The position numbers were made by a program, and so were the translations under genes. From the NCBI GenBank assembly GCA_964016885.1, contig OZ024748.1:26660001-26724000 (forward strand): DNA of 64,000 nt, read 5' to 3'. Of this stretch, positions 38,781 through 50,035 are shown piece by piece. The DNA comes from Eledone cirrhosa. Lineage: Eukaryota. The notes under the pieces are model-generated. The model did no database searches and was not told where the DNA came from. It saw nothing but the letters and a program-made list of their open reading frames with translations. How positions within the stretch are numbered: the stretch's first letter is position 1; the number at the start of each line of letters is the position of its first letter.

Positions 38781-39197
38781 ATACATACATACATACATAC
38801 ATTGATGAGGAGTTTGCAGATCTACTATCCAAGATATATGTTTAGCTTCATACCCAACCATTATTATTGGAGCTGCAGGTTATTTACCAAACCACCTTGA
38901 CTAAAGTATACTTGAACTTGGTTTTATGGAGAAAGAATGTAGCTCCTTAGTTCATTAGCTACAAATGGCCACAAGATCAGGAACCTTGAAAATCTGTGAA
39001 AATTAATTACGATTCAAAGGATGAATGCTTAAACAAGAGATGATGAGAATTTCCTTTTGTATACAACCTTGCCACTGGGAAGATGGCCAGTCAAAAATAA
39101 ACTCAAACTTAAGAAATACACACATACAATAACATATATATATATATATATGTGTGTATGTGTGTGTGTGTGTGTATACACAGGCACACACACCACC

Positions 39198-39815
39198 AAC
39201 CTGGGTACTGTGTGCTGAGGACCTGCGAAGATTGGAAAGAAATGAAGCCTCCATGCTTCACTGGATGTGCAATAGCAATATACGTGAATGGCAAAGTATA
39301 AATATACTGCATGAGAAATTAGGCATAAGAGGGATCAGTTGTTGCATGCAAGAGAGGAGATTGCGTTGGTATGGACATGTGATGCGTATGAAGAATGACA
39401 GCTGTATAAGGTGCAGAGCGCTCAAAGTCGATGGTAGTCATGGTGTGGTAGGCCTAGGAAGACTTGGATGAGGTAATAAAAGCTGACCGTGCACAATTAC
39501 ACCTCTCAAAGGCAATGACAGATGACCGCGACCTCTGGCGCTATGCAGTTTTACAGAAGAGCCGCCCTCTATTATTCTCAGAATGAGGCTTATACCTAGT
39601 AGGCAACACTTTCCTCAACCTTCTACCCCCTCTCATTCACCATACCTCCCCTACTACCCTGTTCCTCCACCCTCCCTAGTCCCAAGACAAAAGTGCCCAG
39701 TCCACACTGTAAAGTGTTTGTGTAGCTGTCACGACAAAAAATGCCCAGTCCACAAACATGTTTAACCCATGCTAGCGTGAAAGATAGACGTTAACTGATG
39801 ATGATGATGATGATG
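39198..39815 (+). mobile_element. RTE LINE 3' fragment
   Basis: TWVLCAEDLRRLERNEASMLHWMCNSNIRE..ERRLRWYGHVMRMK; (GAT)n tail. Confidence 0.92.
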
Positions 39816-39831
39816 ATATACATATGAAAAA

Positions 39832-40008
39832 ATTCAGGACCCCGCTGTTTCAATGGCTAGATCCGAAGTTGAGATCTAGCTGTCAAAACAGCCGGAGCTC
39901 AGCCGTCAGGATCCTGAATCTTTTAATATTACCCACTCTACTACCCCCAAGTATCAAGTACTCCTGGTGGGTTATGATCTACCTGGTTTTTACCGTATCC
40001 TATCCGAG
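39832..40008 (+). mobile_element. Penelope-type terminal fragment with fold-back hammerhead half
   Basis: Same family as 49268-49460, 50033-50148 and 52660-52875 (ATTACCCACTCTACTACCC..AGTAT..AGTACTC). Confidence 0.65.
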
Positions 40009-40021
40009 ATATATATATATA

Positions 40022-40874
40022 TGAGGGTGCAGGCGACATCTGTTCGCAATTTTCAACTGCTAATTTTATGCAAATTTTTTTTACTTCCGTTGTCACTCTA
40101 GTGACTATATTTCCATTATTTATTTTCAGAATAATTGATTAGGAATAATTTTGAACCTCCAAATTCTTGGAATCCGTGCCGGGAGGACAAATAAGACCAG
40201 AAGATCAACTCCCAGAACAACAGGTGGCTCGCTGTCTCATCCAAAGACGTGTCCAGAGTCATGCAGACAAAGTTTCCAGCGACAACATTGGTCTTAGGTG
40301 TCGTCAGCAGTCAAGGTGACGTCATGCCACCTCATTTCTTCCCTGAGGGCCTCAAGCTGAACACCAATGGCTACATCCGCGTTCTGAGCGAGGTAGTAAA
40401 GCCCTGGATCGACCAGGTAGCTGCAGGTAGGCCATACATGTGGCAGCAAGACTCAGCACTCTGCCATACCAGCCGAAAAACCCAAGCCTGGCTGTCAGAA
40501 AACTTTGTCGACCACATTTCACCTGACATCTGGCCTCCCAGCTCGCCTGACTGCAAGCCCCTCGACTTCTTTGTGTGGGGCGCAGTGGAATGAGACACCC
40601 ACAGATCTAGCTGCAATACGAAAGACGATCTGAAGGCCAGGGTCACAAGTGCCTTTAGGGGCCTAAGTCGGGGGACAGTGACGAAGGCCTGTAGCCGGTT
40701 CCCAGGCCGCCTTGGGGCCGTCATCAAAGCCAATGGTGGGTTTATCGAGCGAGATCGAAAGAACAAGTCATGAAGACAAACTGACCTAAGTTTGATAAAT
40801 ATATCTTAAAAAATAAAACTACTGTTATTTTTTCCTAGACAGTAATCTTGTGAACAGATATCGCCCGCACCTTG
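40022..40874 (+). mobile_element. Internally deleted maT (DD37D) Tc1/mariner transposon
   Basis: About 28-bp imperfect TIRs (GGTGC.GGCGA.ATCTGTTC.CAA) with TA flanks; QQD-(37 aa)-D in WQQDSALCH..WPPSSPDCKPLDFFVW; premature stop; N-terminus missing. Confidence 0.92.
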
Positions 40875-40927
40875 TATGTGTGTGTATATGTGTGTGTTTG
40901 TGTGTGTGTGTGTATATATATATAAAT

Positions 40928-41240
40928 GGAGGCACATGGCTTAGTGGTTAGAGCATTGGCCTTGCAATCAAAAGGTTGTGAGTTCAATTCTCAGATCGGG
41001 TGATGTGTTGTTTCCTTGAGCAAGACACTTTATTTCACATTGCTCCAGTTTACTCAGCTGTAGAAATGAGATGAAAGGGACTGGGGTCCATATCATTCCA
41101 CGGCAAAAAAGCACCCAGCACTCACTGTAAATTAGGTTGGTGTTAGAAAGGGCATCCAGCTGTAGAAATCAAGCCAGAATCAGTTCCCGTCCCACCCTTG
41201 CAAGCAGGGAAAAGCAGACGTATGATGATGATGATGATGA
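40928..41240 (+). mobile_element. SINE family B
   Basis: Complete tRNA head, RTE-like tail and (GAT)n. Confidence 0.95.
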
Positions 41241-41467
41241 TATATATATATATATACACACACACAAACACAAACAACAATGTATATACACAGAAATGCA
41301 GAAACTTAGTAAAGTATTTGGACAAGATTATTTCAAGAGTCACGCATTGGGAAACATCAACTAGTTATGTTGCAGCTATTTGAAATGTGATATTGGTTTG
41401 ACACCTCAGTCAGTCATGCATAGCACTGAAGTTAGGAGCTTGATGGCAGGCTAATAGGTTAATTAAA

Positions 41468-42800
41468 CCAACACACCTGAGGACAGTGTAGTCTGATAAC
41501 CCTTTCTATACCAAGACACCTGAGGACTGTGTGGTGTGTTACCCTTTCTATACCAACACACCTGAGGACTGTGTGGTGTGTTAACTCTTTGTAGACCAAC
41601 GCTACTGAGGACTGTGTGACGTGTTAACCCTTTGTATATTAACCCTACTGAGGACTGTGCGATGTCTTAACCCTTTCTATATCAACACACATGAGGACTG
41701 TGATGTGTTAACCCTTTCTATATCAACACACCTGAGGACTGTGCGCTGTGTTAACCCTTTCTATACCAACACACCTGAGGACTGTGTGATGTGTTAACCC
41801 TTTCTATACCAACACACCTGAGGACTGTGTGATGTGTTAACCCTTTCTATACCAACACACCTGTGGACTGTGTGGTGTGTTAACCCTTTCTATATCAACC
41901 CACCTAAAGACAGTGTGATGTATTAAACCTTTGTAGACCAACCCTACTGAGGACTGTGTGACGTGTTAACCCTTTGTATATTAACCCTACTGAGGACTGT
42001 GTGATGTGTTAACTCTTTGTATATTAACCCAACTGAGGACTGTGTGGTGTGTTAACCCTTTCTATACCAACACACCTGTGGACTGTGTGATGTGTTAACC
42101 CTTTCTATACCAACACACATGAGGACTGTGATGTGTTAACCCTTTCTATACAAACACACATGTGGACTGTGTGATGTGTTAACCCTTTCTATACCAACAC
42201 ACCTGAGGACTGTGTGATGTGTTAACCCTTTCTATACCAACACACCTGAGGACTGTGTGATGTGTTAACCCTTTCTATACCAACACACCTGTGGACTGTG
42301 TGATGTGTTAACCCTTTCTATACCAACACACCTGAGGACAGTGTGATGTGTTAACCCTTTCTATACTAACACACCCGAGGACTGTCTGATTTGTTAACCC
42401 TTTCTATATCAACACACCTGAGGACAGTGTGGTGTGTTAACCCTTTGTATATTAACCCAACTGAGGACTGTGTGGTATATTAACCCTTTCTATATCAACC
42501 ATACTGAGGACTGTGATGTGTTAACCCTTTCTATATCAACACACCTGAGGACTGTGTGGTGTGTTAACCCTTTGTATATTAACCCAACTGAGGACTGTGT
42601 GGTGGTATATTAACCCTTTCTATATCAACCATACTGAGGACTGTGATGTGTTAACCATTTCTATATCAACACACCTGAGGACTGTGTGGTGTGTTAACCT
42701 TTTCTATATCAACCCACCTAAAGACAGTGTAGTGTGTTAACCGATTCCATGCCAACACACCTGAGGTTTGTGCGGTGTGTAAATCCTTTCTATACCAACC
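41468..42800. repeat. 43-bp minisatellite (TTAACCCTTTCTATACCAACACACCTGAGGACTGTGTGATGTG), ~30 copies
   Basis: Head-to-tail units; unit resembles the left end of MITE family B. Confidence 0.95.
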
Positions 42801-42976
42801 TGCCAAAACTAAAGGGTTCCTATTTAAATTTATATTTTCCAACATAAATTTATATGAGAATCTATTACTATTGTAGTTATGAAATAATTTATAATTTTAG
42901 TAAATCCCTTAAAATTCTTCATTTATTAATTAAAATACTGAGTATTTCATTAGAAATATTGTAACAAAAGGGTTAA
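42781..42976 (+). mobile_element. piggyBac-like MITE family B body at the end of the minisatellite
   Basis: TACCAACCTGCC..CATTAGAAATATTGTAACAAAAGGG-TTAA. Confidence 0.75.
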
Positions 42977-44042
42977 ATTGTTCATTTCTAAATTCCTTTC
43001 ATCATAATGTAATTTGGTAAAGTTTTTAGTATCAGACAAAATACCTTGCAGTATTTCTTCTGGGTCCCTACACTCTAAATTCAAACTCTGCTGAAGAACA
43101 CATTTGAACCTTGAACCTCGTGGTTGGGAAGCAAACTTCTTAAAACTCTAAATAATAATTTAGCAAAAAATATCTAAAACACATTTTTTCATTCAAATGT
43201 TTATAGTATCTCTATTAGTGGACAGATTCTTGTGAAAATTTGCAGTAAACTAAACTAAAGACTGCTATGTTTAATTTGATGCGGTCATAATGCACTTTTG
43301 TACTTTTCAAATATAGCTTGCTAATATGGTTTCTTGTGGTACAGGACATTACAAGTTAACCACACAGCCATGCTTGTGTCTATTATATGTGTGTGTGTTT
43401 GTGTGTAGGCATGTGTGTTTGTGGGACATGTGCACAAGCCTGTTATGTGTGTGTACATGTGCACAAATCTGTGTGTGTATATGCACAAGTGTGTGTGTGT
43501 GTGCATGTGTATCTGTGTTTGAGTGTACATGTGCGCAAGTCTGTTTGTGTATATGCATGTGTCTATGTGTTTGTGGGACATGTGCACAAGTCTCTGTGTA
43601 TGTATGTATGCATGTGTCTGTGTGTGTGTGTATATATATGTCTCTGTGTGTTTGTGTGAACATGTGCACAAGTCTATGTTTGTATGCATGTGTCTCTGTG
43701 TGTATGTGTAACAGTATAACATTGCTCCTTTCATTGCATACTGTTAAATAATCTACATTCCTGAGAGCCCTATATTGCAGTCCCCCACTCTCTCCTCACT
43801 CCTCATCATATCACACAGTATATTATGGTAGTATCATATATCACATATCACACAGTATATTATGGTAGTATCATATATCATATATCGCACACTACTACAG
43901 AGACTCCTTCCAGACTTTCACATGTGTTCCTCATTCATTTACTGTCAATCTTATTATCAGCAAACATATCTCTCACTCCTTCACACACACACACACACAC
44001 ACATGTATATATCAAACGTATCTCTCCCTTCCTCGGATATGC

Positions 44043-44074
<32 letters not shown>

Positions 44075-44519
44075 ATGTATCACTACCACCCACACAATCA
44101 ATCTCTCTCTCATATGTGTATCACTCATACACACACAATCAAACATATTTCTAAACTTTCTCTCAAGATTCTCTACCACCACAACCACTAGCATTACCAC
44201 CACCAGTACTACCTCTACCCACCACCACTCCTACCACTATCACTACTACTACTACTACTACTACCATAACTGCTGCTGCTGCTGCTACTACTACTACTGT
44301 CCAAGGACCTCTTTATGTGACTGCTCAACCTGCTAGAAATACTCCAGAATATCTCTCAAACCACACCCTACTATTATATACATGTACATACATACATACA
44401 TGTATGTATGTATGTATGCATGCATGTATGTATGTATGCATATACATGTATGTATGTATGTGTTTATGTATGTATGTTTGTGTTTATGTATGTTCTTCTT
44501 TTTGGTAAATATCATCTTG

Positions 44520-44756
44520 ATTAAGAGAGTGGGACTGGCTTTGTGCAGTCCCTTTGCTCACTATAAAAGCTTCACGGCACAGGCCTTGCTTTATATCTGG
44601 AGATCGCTCTGCACTTGTTGTCACATGGTACTATGGATCCAGCACTGTGTCAATAATTGTCACAAGTGTAGTGTTTGTACCAGAGTGCATCGGTAGGGGT
44701 TCTCCTACATGGATATAGTGGTGGCCGTACTCGAAAACGAGTTGGCAGCCACCATG
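44520..44756 (+). mobile_element. Non-autonomous retroelement 3' part (family of 38255 and 62763)
   Basis: Reverse complement similarity to 62763-63015; ends GTACTCGAAAACGAGTTGGCAGCCACC then TA/TG repeats. Confidence 0.75.
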
Positions 44757-44854
44757 TATATATATGTGCGTGTATGTGTTTATGTGTATATGTATATATG
44801 TATGTATGTGTCTTTCTATATATATATATGTATGTATGTGTATATGTATATATG

Positions 44855-44888
<34 letters not shown>

Positions 44889-45247
44889 TGTATCTATGTA
44901 CACACACAAAGTATACATTACTAATTAAAGTTATCTCGTTATCTGCAATAAAAGTGCAACCTATCCACTACTTACATGCAATATTGACATAGATAAAAAC
45001 TGTCTAGAAGCTACCAATAGCAACAAGGATCCTCTATCTTTGCTAGATATAACAGCTAAGTTAGCTCAAATCTCACCCTACTGTCTCTCCATCCTGAAGG
45101 ACACATTGAAACAAGTGTCTGTAATGGGAAAAGGTGAGCACGTATTAATAGCAGGACCCTTTTTTTATCATAGGTCTACAGAATCAGATCTGACCTGGGG
45201 GATAAACAACAGCTGTAACAATGTAACAAAAACACCTACTTTGTGTA

Positions 45248-45290
<43 letters not shown>

Positions 45291-45408
45291 ACTAAAAACC
45301 ATATCATTTGTACTGCCTCTCTGTTTTTTGTTCTCTGTTCATTTATTAAACTATATATATATATATATGGAGGAAGTTATAGTTCACTTGAAGCATTGTG
45401 TAATGAGG

Positions 45409-45643
45409 TATAAACGTTTGAATTTGTAAAGCCAAACAATGCAGGTATGGACATTGGCAAGCTATTTAGAACACTGGTTTAACTGCTTTACTTCCCTCCG
45501 AAGAAGAGATATTATCTCGAAAATTAAGGACATTTAAATAAATCTAAGGTAAAAGACTAATTGTCAACAATATCTTTTGCATTTGCATTTTTATTCTATG
45601 TCCATACCTGCATTGTTTGGCTTTACAAATTCAAACGTTTATA
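45409..45643. mobile_element. Penelope-type fragment with 46-bp perfect inverted ends and internal hammerhead variant (45495-45529, +)
   Basis: Arms 45409-45454 and 45598-45643; CCT-CCGAAGA-a gagat att atctc-GAA-AATT-A-AGG. Confidence 0.6.
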
Positions 45644-45678
45644 TATATATATATTTATATATATACACACACACACAT

Positions 45679-45905
45679 ATCATCATCATCATCATCATCA
45701 TCGTTTAATGTCCATTTTCCATGCTAGCATGGGTTAGACACTTTTGTTCCATTTGATGCGGGATTGGTCGGGAGACCATGTCTCACTCGTACAAAAGTGT
45801 CTGTAGCAGGTTTTCTACGGATGGATGCCCTTCCTAACACCAACCACATTTACAGTGTGGACTGGGAGCCTTTTTACCGTGTCTCCTACATGACCACATT
45901 ACTGC
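45679..45905 (-). mobile_element. RTE 3' UTR fragment
   Basis: (CAT)n CGTTTAATGTCC..CATGCTAGCATGGGTTAGAC..GGATGCCCTTCCTAACACCAACC. Confidence 0.85.
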
Positions 45906-45999
45906 TGATCTTTTAATGTGTCGGCCATTGCATTCACTATCATAACCAACACGGACGGGAATCGAATTCTGTCGATCGATTGGTCATTGATTAGGCGAA

Positions 46000-46129
46000 A
46001 CCCGCTGACGAAGTCACATGCACGAATGGTGCATTGTTGCATAATAAATGCAGGCACTCTATTGCTGCATTAAGTGTAGCTGCACTGTTCTATTGCTGCA
46101 TTAAGTGTAGCTGAAACTCGAGTTTGGGT
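46000..46129 (+). ncRNA. Hammerhead motif with ~100-nt expanded stem II
   Basis: ACCCG-CTGACGA-ag...ct-GAA-ACTCGAGT-T-TGGGT; palindromic stem III; stem II region holds a tandem duplication. Confidence 0.55.
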
Positions 46130-46274
46130 ATAGATTGAAGGTACTCATTTATGTGTGTTGTATTGAAGCGAATAACTATGTGTCTACTCTGGAATTTTAC
46201 ATCACCTATTAAGTACGCTGAGATGCAACCGGTATTAGCAGTGAAACCCATGCTAGTACCGTCGACTTATTATG

Positions 46275-46312
<38 letters not shown>

Positions 46313-46327
46313 TATATATATATAGAT

Positions 46328-46403
46328 ATTGCCTTATCTGACGAACGAATGCAGATGTCTCTTGTATTCATCCTGTTCGGGAAACCTCGGGTAATGAGGT
46401 AAT
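46328..46403 (+). ncRNA. Type I hammerhead ribozyme between (TA)n tracts
   Basis: ATTGCCTTAT-CTGACGA-stem II-GAA-ACC tcg GGT-A-ATGAGGTAAT; 10-bp stem I with two GU pairs; GUA site. Confidence 0.82.
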
Positions 46404-46427
46404 TATACTGTGTTGTTTATTATACAT

Positions 46428-46484
<57 letters not shown>

Positions 46485-46606
46485 CCAAAAGTTAAACAAG
46501 GTTCATTGATTAATCAATGAATATAGTTTTACAATAGATTAGAAGCACTCAACAGAAAAGTTTTCTGGAGTTATTATATATATATATATATACAGACAAT
46601 ATGTTG

Positions 46607-49265
46607 GAATGTACATCCCAACATAGCTTAGTTGTCAGCGACCTCACGGTCAGAACTAGACGAGCCCTGAAACAGAGGCCAACCTGAAGAAGAAAGATCT
46701 GGAAGCTGAAAGTCCCCTCAACCAGTAACAGATTTAAAGATATTTTGCTCAACGCCTACGACAGTAAAGAAGAACAGATAGAGACATTTAACGTAGAAGA
46801 GAACTGGGAGTTCCTAAAAAATAACTTACTAGAGGCGACGGATGAGGTTTGTGGCTGGAGTAAGACCTCAAGCAGGAGGAGAGTGACTTGGTGGTGGAAC
46901 AATAAGGTAGATGAAGCAGTCAAGGCCAAGAGACAGGCATGGAAAGAATGGAAGAACGGGGGGAGCAGGGTACATTACATAGAGACCAAGAGGGAAGCTA
47001 GGCGACAAGTATACTTAGCTAGGAGGGAAGCAGAGGATAGAAAATTCAAGCATGTTTTACAACGTGAGGACCAGAAACAGGAGGTATTCAAGATTGCGAG
47101 GCAGTGTGTCAGAGATAGTTGTGATGTCATTGGAGAGAAGTGTATCCGGAATGATAAAGGTGAGCTTGCCCTCACAAGTGCTGAGAAGAAAGATGCATGG
47201 AAGAGTCATTATGATAGATTACTAAATGCGGAGAATGCATGGGAAGAAGAGACCCTACCCCATGTAGACCCTATAGAGGGACCAGCAGTACAAGTCAGCG
47301 GCAGCGTAGTAAGTAAGGCAATCAGAGATATGAAGATGGGGAAGGCAACCGGTCCATCGGGTATAGCTGCCGAGATGCTGAAGGCATCTGGGTCTGTAGG
47401 TCACACTATAACCACACGTATCGTTAACCAGGTAATACTAGAAGGGGTCATACCAAAAGATTGGTGCAGTAGCATCATTGTCAACTGCTACAAAGGTAAA
47501 GGCGATGCACTAGATAGAGGAAACTATAGAGGTATAAAGTTGATGGACCAGGTCATGAAAGTAACAGAAAGAGTTATAGCACAGCTGATTAGGGACCGGG
47601 TGAATATAGACGAGATGCAATTTGGGTTTGTACCAGGGAGAGGCACCACTGATGCTCTCTTCCTTGTGAGGCAATTACAGGAAAAGTACCTAGCTAAAAG
47701 TAAGCCACTCTACTTGGCATTTGTCGACCTTGAGAAAGCCTTTGACAGAGTTCCACGTGCAGTAATCTGGTGGGCTCTTAGAAAACTAGGAGTAGATGAA
47801 TGGCTTGTGAAAGCGGTACAAGCCATGTATAGGGGAGCAGTCAGCAAAGTTAGGATTAGCAATGAGTATAGCGAGGAATTTAGCGTACAGGTTGGGGTCC
47901 ACCAGGGCTCTGTTCTTAGCCCTCTCCTGTTCATCATAGTCCTGCAGGCAATAACGGAGGAGTTTAAGACCGGATGCCCATGGGAACTCCTGTATGCTGA
48001 TGACCTCGCACTCATAGCTGAATCTATGGTAGAACTAGAAAATAAATTCCAAACTTGGAAGCAGGGACTAGAGAGAAAGGGCCTCAAAGTCAACATGACA
48101 AAGACTAAGGTCCTTGTAAGTAGACGAGAAAACAGAACCCAGATCCTCTCAGGGAAATGGCCTTGCTCAGTATGTAGGAAAGGTGTAGGTAGGAACTCCA
48201 TTCTCTGCCCCAAATGCAAACAATGGGTACACAAGAGATGTAGCGGGATCTCAGGAAGCTTAATTAAGAATGTAGGATTCACATGCAGCAGCTGTGCTGA
48301 AACAGCAAGCAGCAAACAGCCACAGGAAACAAGTACCACCAATCTCTGGGAGGGCCCTGTAGAAACAGTAGACAGCTTCTGCTACCTAGGTGACCGAATT
48401 AGCAACGGAGGTGGGTGCTCAGAAAGTACAATAACTAGGGTAAGAACGGGATGGAAGAAGTTTAGGGAACTACTACCACTGCTAGCTGCAAAAGGCTTCT
48501 CCCTCAGAATGAAAGGCAGACTGTATGATGCGTGTATCCGAACAGCGATGTTGCATGGTAGTGAGACCTGGGCGCTGAAGGTGGAAGACTTACGTAGATT
48601 AGAGAGAAACAAAGCCTGCATGCTCCGATGGAAGTGTAACAGTAATATACGTGAACGACAAAGCATAAAGGAATTGAGAGAGAGACTGAGCATAAGAGGA
48701 ATCAAATGCTGCGTGCAGGAGAGGCGGTTACGCTGGTATGGACATGTGATGCGTATGAAGGATGACAGCTGCATAAAAAGGTGCAGAGCACTAGAAGTTG
48801 ATGGAAACCGCGGAGTGGGGAGACCCAAGATGACTTGGGATGAGGTGATAAAAGCCGACCTTACCCAACTACACCTCTCAAAGACAATGACACACGACCG
48901 TGACTTCTGGCGTCACGCAGTAATACAGGGTACCTGACCTCCCATGGGTACATGCTGAAGCATATAAACAATATGCCCCCACTCCCCCCACCGCAAGGTG
49001 GTCGTGGAGGTGCCATGGCAAAAAACCACCCAGCCCACACTGTAAAGTGGACGTGTAGGCGCCACGAAAAAGCACCCAGCACTCACTGTAAATGAGGTTG
49101 GTGTTAGGAAGGGCATCCAGCTGTAGAAATCAAGCCAGATCAGTTCCTGTATGAGCAAGGCATGGTCAGCCGACCAGACACTGCCCACAACAGGACAACC
49201 CGTCTAACCCATGCTAGCGTGGAAGAACGGACGTAAAACGGTGATGATGATGATGATGATGATGA
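46607..49265 (+). mobile_element. RTE-clade LINE, 5'-truncated at the end of the APE endonuclease
   Basis: Starts ECTSQHSLVVSDL (APE C-terminal motif), one stop, long RT ORF, 3' UTR and (GAT)n tail. Confidence 0.97.
46745..48937 (+). CDS. RTE reverse transcriptase (partial ORF, 730 aa open) with PHD-like zinc finger
   Basis: KATGPSGI, NYRGIKL, QFGFVPGRGTTD, AFVDLEKAFDRV, GVHQGSVLSPLLF, LLYADDL, FCYLG, RLRWYGHV, GRPKMTW; no true start codon. Confidence 0.93.
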   Translation: MLNAYDSKEEQIETFNVEENWEFLKNNLLEATDEVCGWSKTSSRRRVTWWWNNKVDEAVKAKRQAWKEWKNGGSRVHYIETKREARRQVYLARREAEDRKFKHVLQREDQKQEVFKIARQCVRDSCDVIGEKCIRNDKGELALTSAEKKDAWKSHYDRLLNAENAWEEETLPHVDPIEGPAVQVSGSVVSKAIRDMKMGKATGPSGIAAEMLKASGSVGHTITTRIVNQVILEGVIPKDWCSSIIVNCYKGKGDALDRGNYRGIKLMDQVMKVTERVIAQLIRDRVNIDEMQFGFVPGRGTTDALFLVRQLQEKYLAKSKPLYLAFVDLEKAFDRVPRAVIWWALRKLGVDEWLVKAVQAMYRGAVSKVRISNEYSEEFSVQVGVHQGSVLSPLLFIIVLQAITEEFKTGCPWELLYADDLALIAESMVELENKFQTWKQGLERKGLKVNMTKTKVLVSRRENRTQILSGKWPCSVCRKGVGRNSILCPKCKQWVHKRCSGISGSLIKNVGFTCSSCAETASSKQPQETSTTNLWEGPVETVDSFCYLGDRISNGGGCSESTITRVRTGWKKFRELLPLLAAKGFSLRMKGRLYDACIRTAMLHGSETWALKVEDLRRLERNKACMLRWKCNSNIRERQSIKELRERLSIRGIKCCVQERRLRWYGHVMRMKDDSCIKRCRALEVDGNRGVGRPKMTWDEVIKADLTQLHLSKTMTHDRDFWRHAVIQGT

Positions 49266-49267
49266 TA

Positions 49268-49457
49268 ACGAAGGAAATGTGGTAAGGAACCAGGTGGACC
49301 ATAAAGCACCAAAGTACTCAATACTTAGGGTAGTAGAGTGGGTAATAGAAATGAGTAGGACCCCGACAGCTGAGCTCAAGCCATTTCGACGGCTAATTCT
49401 GTCCAGAATTAGCCGTCGAAACAGCTTGAGCTCAGCCGTCGGGGTCCCACTCGTTCC

Positions 49458-49460
<3 letters not shown>
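49268..49460. mobile_element. Penelope-type terminal fragment with palindrome (49345-49460) of hammerhead 3' halves
   Basis: GAA-ACAGCTTGAGCTCAGCCGT-C-GGGGTCC on plus and its near mirror on minus, centred on AATTCTG-TC-CAGAATT. Confidence 0.7.
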
Positions 49461-49522
<62 letters not shown>

Positions 49523-49972
49523 ATGTTGTTTGTTCACACAGAGAAATCTTTATCTATTTACTTCAATGAAAGACCAATAATACTGCACTACCCACATCAC
49601 CCACACAACTCCACTCCATATATTCACCTTTTTTTTGTTGTTGTTATACTTTCTATAAAATGTATTGTTGTTGTTGTTGTTACAGTGGTTGTTATCGTTG
49701 TGATGGCTGTTGTCGTTATTGTTGTGATGGCTGTTGTCGTTATTGTGGTTGTATTCATGAGATCCTCCTGGAAAAGTAGCAGGTTACTTACACAAAGTGC
49801 TTTGGTTACTTCAAAAGAAGATAGAGAGAAATAACAATATTTCTTATTCACCATTGAAAACATTGAAACATTACAAGGCAACAGAATAAATGAGAATTTA
49901 CTGCAAGGTCATTGGAAACTTTCCTCGGGATGAAAATGAAGACTATCTCTTTACTTTAGATATAAGCGTGTA

Positions 49973-50032
<60 letters not shown>

Positions 50033-50035
<3 letters not shown>

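Noticed and set aside
40928-41000. tRNA genes at SINE heads
   Set aside because: A and B boxes are present, but the acceptor stem is not closed and the sequence continues into SINE body and LINE tail
41468-42800. CRISPR-like appearance of the 43-bp array
   Set aside because: Units are contiguous with no unique spacers, there are no cas genes, and the context is eukaryotic; the unit derives from a MITE end
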